This document shows positions 29,166 to 32,000 of a stretch of DNA of 32,000 nt, in pieces (the first letter of the stretch is position 1; every line of letters begins with the position of its first letter). Both the position numbers and the translations under genes were made by a program. The DNA is from Candidatus Saccharimonadota bacterium (GTDB taxonomy: Bacteria > Patescibacteriota > Gracilibacteria > BD1-5 > UBA2023). The stretch spans positions 510,001 through 542,000 of the forward strand of contig BAAFHK010000001.1 of the NCBI GenBank assembly GCA_042852035.1. The letters run 5' to 3'. Under the pieces are notes generated by a model, which was given only the letters and a program-made list of their open reading frames with translations, made no database searches and was not told the origin of the DNA.

Positions 29166-31793
29166 ATGCCCCCCTTCAAAGTCCGCAAACGTAATGATGA
29201 AGTCGTAGATTTCGACCGAACTCGTATCGAAGCTGCTATAGAATCAGCTTGCGTCTCATCAGGTGAACCTGATCGCTCATTTATTCCTGTTGTTACAGAC
29301 TTCATTATCAAAGATATTGATCACGTCTATGGGGAAATCTTCACGAATCGTATCCCATCTGTAGAAGATATCGGTGATATCGTCGAACGAAATCTCATGA
29401 AATTCAATAAGTTCGATGTCGCCAAAGAATATATCATCTATCGTGCAGAGCGACAAGAAGAGCGTGCTGAAGCTCACGAAAAGCTCGTCAAAAAATTTGA
29501 AAAGAATGGGTTTAAAGTTACTAAATCCTCAGGTGGAAAAGAAGATTTTGATTTCGAAAAAATCGAAAAAATGTTTGCTCACGCCGTCAAAGGATATGAA
29601 GATAAGTGTACCTTCGATGAACTTATGCAAGCGTTTAAGAAGAATATCGTCGAAGATATGAAGACTTCCGATATCGCTAAACTCCTCGTGAAGACTTGTA
29701 TCGATCTCGTAACCGTCGAGAATATCGCATGGGAACATATCGCCGGACGATTGGCGCTCTTTGATCTCTACAAAAAAGCAGGAAAAAATCGTAATCTCAC
29801 TCAGAAACAAATCTATACGCCTGATTCGTATGTTCCATTTTTTGAAACCTACGTCAAAGAAAAGCTCTATTTCGAAGACTTCCTCAACTACTACTCGAAA
29901 GAAGACCTCGTAAAAGCAGGGGAATACCTCGCAAAGCATGGAAAGGCTCGTGATATGGAATATGGATACACTACTATCCTCTCCCTCTCGAAGAGATACC
30001 TTGCCAACCCAAATAAAAATGTCCGTGAACTCCCTCAAGAAATGTATATGGGTGTAGCACTGTTTCTCGCAGTTCCAGAAAAAGATGAAGATCGCCTCGC
30101 ATTTGCCTTCAAGATCTACGATCAGTGCTCGACACAAAAAATCTCCCTCCCGACTCCAACCCTCATCAATGCACGTACCAATTTCTACCAGCTCACAAGC
30201 TGTTTCAAGCTCAACGTCAATGATGATCTCCGCGCTATCTATCACTCAATCGAGAATATGGCGCAAATCTCAAAGTACGGAGGAGGTATAGGATCATACT
30301 GGGGACATATCCGCTCTCGTGGATCATCAATCCGTGGTATCGATAATGCCTCAGCATGAGTCCTCCCGTGGCTCAAGGTCGTCAATGATACTGCCACAGC
30401 CGTAAACCAACTTGGAGCTCGTCTCGGTGCTATATCTGTGACACTCGACGTCTGGCATCGTGATATCTATGACTTTCTGGATATGCAGACTGAGACGGGA
30501 GATATCCGCTCGAAGGCATTTGATCTTTTTCCAGCGATTTCTATCCCAGACCTCTTCATGCGTCGTGTGGAAGAAGACGGAGAATGGACTCTCATGGATC
30601 CGCATGAAGTGAATAATGTCTACGGTCGTCGCATCGAAGATACCTTCGGAACGGATTTCGAAATCTTCTATACTGATGCCGAAAAGAATCCAAAACTCAA
30701 ACTCAATAAAGTCGTCAAAGCAAAAGATCTCTTCAAGACCTTCCTAAAGTCTACTGTAGAAACTGGTATGCCGTATGTCTTCTTTCGAGATACGGTCAAC
30801 CGCCTCAATCCGAACAAACATGCAGGAAGTATCTATTCGACTCAGCTCTGTACCGAAATCTGTCAGAATTCATCACCAAGTGAATTTATCGAGGAGAAAA
30901 ATGAAAATGGAGAAGTAACTCTTCGCTACAAGATGGGAGATACAGTTACTTGTAATCTTGCGTCTATTAACGTCGCAAAAGTAAATACCGTGAAAGATAT
31001 GGAAGAGACTGTACCGGTCATGATGCGCCTCCTCGACAATGTGGTATCGATCACAAAATATCCAATCAAAGAAGCAGAACGTACCAGTCTCCGCTATCGA
31101 CCTATCGCTATAGGGTACCTCGGACTCGCTGAGTACTTCGCGACTCACTCGATGGCATATGATTCACCAGAGGCTCGCCAAGTGGCAGATAAAATGTTCG
31201 AGGAATTCGCATGGCACGTCTATCGTACCTCTATCGATCTCGCGAAAGAGCGAGGAAAATACGACCTCTACGAAGGAAGTGAATTCGATAAAGGAATCCT
31301 CCTCGGTCACGATGAAGCATGGTTCACGAGCGAGACGACAATGAAGGATAAGTGGAAAGAAATCTTTAGCGATATGAAGCAGCATGGTGTCCGATTCGGC
31401 TATCACTTCGGTCCAGCTCCAAATACTTCTACCGCAGGTATCGTCGGAACAACCGCCGCCCTCCTCCCGATCTACAAGAAATACTTCGTCGAAACCAATC
31501 TTTCCTCTCCGACTATCCGCATCGCTCCGAAGCTCAATGCAGAAAACTTCTGGTACTATAAGGAGTATGTAAATATGGATATGAATGATGTCATCGATAT
31601 GATGTCTACTATCTATAAGTGGATCGACCAGTCTATCAGTTTTGAATGGATGATTGACCCAGCGAAGGTCTCTCCTCGCGAACTCTTCAGCTACTATATG
31701 AAGGCGTGGAAGCAAGGCGTGAAGACCGTCTACTATGTCCGCTCGCTCTCGAGTGAGGTCAGTAAGGATAATTGTGTGAGTTGTTCAGGATAG
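29166..31793 (+). CDS. nrdA: Class I ribonucleotide reductase alpha subunit with N-terminal ATP-cone
   Basis: ATG 29166 to TAG 31791-31793; the two track ORFs are joined by TGA 30357-30359 (875 aa). ATP-cone VRKRNDEVVDFDRTRI. IDNASA(G)VLPWLKVVND...NQLGARLGA. Active site STQLCTEI and CNLASINV. KTVYYVRS (radical-transfer YY). C-terminal CVSC. Confidence 0.92.
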
Positions 31794-31840
31794 AGAAAAA
31801 AAGAAAATTAAGAGTTATTAGAAGCATCAAGAGAAAACAA

Positions 31841-31880
31841 AAATCCCTAACCTTCTAATGCAAGGTTGGGGATTTATTTA
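31841..31880 (+). terminator. Rho-independent terminator after nrdA
   Basis: ATCCCTAACCTT-ctaatgc-AAGGTTGGGGAT (12-bp stem with one G-U pair) followed by TTATTT. Confidence 0.7.
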
Positions 31881-31890
31881 AAAAAAACTT

Positions 31891-32000
31891 ATGGCTTATA
31901 AAAATTCTACTCAAACAACATTAGACTATATTGAAAAAATTGAAAATCATCTGAAAAGTGAGTCATATAAAAGTCAAATTTGATGACAAGATATTATAAC
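31891..32000 (+). CDS. 5' end of a hypothetical protein (continues beyond window)
   Basis: ATG 31891, MAYKNSTQTTLDYIEKIENHLKSESYKSQI(GG)QDII..., with a tandem TGA-TGA. It does not resemble NrdB. Confidence 0.35.

Noticed and set aside
1-32000. Alternative explanations for the interrupted genes: mass pseudogenisation, code 4 (TGA = Trp) or selenocysteine
   Set aside because: The interruptions are exclusively TGA, never TAA or TAG, and frames are never shifted. The codon sits on universally conserved Gly positions (P-loops, HxGH, LGNL, lipobox -1/-2), not on Trp or Cys/Sec positions. TGA is also far too frequent for Sec, and no SECIS-like context was needed.
1-32000. CRISPR arrays, rRNA or tRNA genes, transposases or integrases
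   Set aside because: Scanning both strands found no regularly spaced short repeats, no rRNA/tRNA-like conserved cores, and no DDE, serine or tyrosine recombinase motifs in any restored ORF. The only sizeable repeat is the 275-bp pair reported above.

Overview
AT-rich bacterial chromosomal segment that only makes sense under genetic code 25 (TGA = Gly, as in Candidatus Gracilibacteria/Absconditabacteria-type CPR lineages). The standard-code ORF track is shattered. Reading TGA as a sense codon restores about 30 full-length, tightly packed genes, and the TGA codons fall on invariant glycines (Walker A loops, HxGH, LGNL, lipoboxes). Contents, left to right: (1) the 3' end of a DUF1524/GmrSD-like nuclease gene. 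(2) A ~13.5-kb metal-homeostasis island: CsoR-type operator, 25-aa Cys-rich metallothionein-like micro-ORF, csoR, His-rich membrane protein, 648-aa membrane-fusion protein plus CusA/CzcA-type RND pump, DUF305 lipoprotein, MauE-like membrane protein, multicopper oxidase, rhodanese, two DsbA-like oxidoreductases, a small membrane protein and a CDF exporter. (3) A tannase-like lipoprotein gene bracketed by two diverged direct copies of a ~275-bp noncoding promoter-to-terminator element. (4) A Zur-like Fur regulator plus a COG0523 GTPase. (5) Further genes: FN3 surface protein, nucleosidase-like protein, COG4741 nuclease, TIM-barrel protein, wHTH regulator, UvrD/PcrA helicase, HExxH protein, PilT, pirin, DUF1294, cytidylyltransferase, and class I RNR alpha subunit with NrdR-like boxes. 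No rRNA, tRNA, CRISPR array or transposase gene was recognised. All family calls come from hand translation and remembered family motifs, not from database searches.
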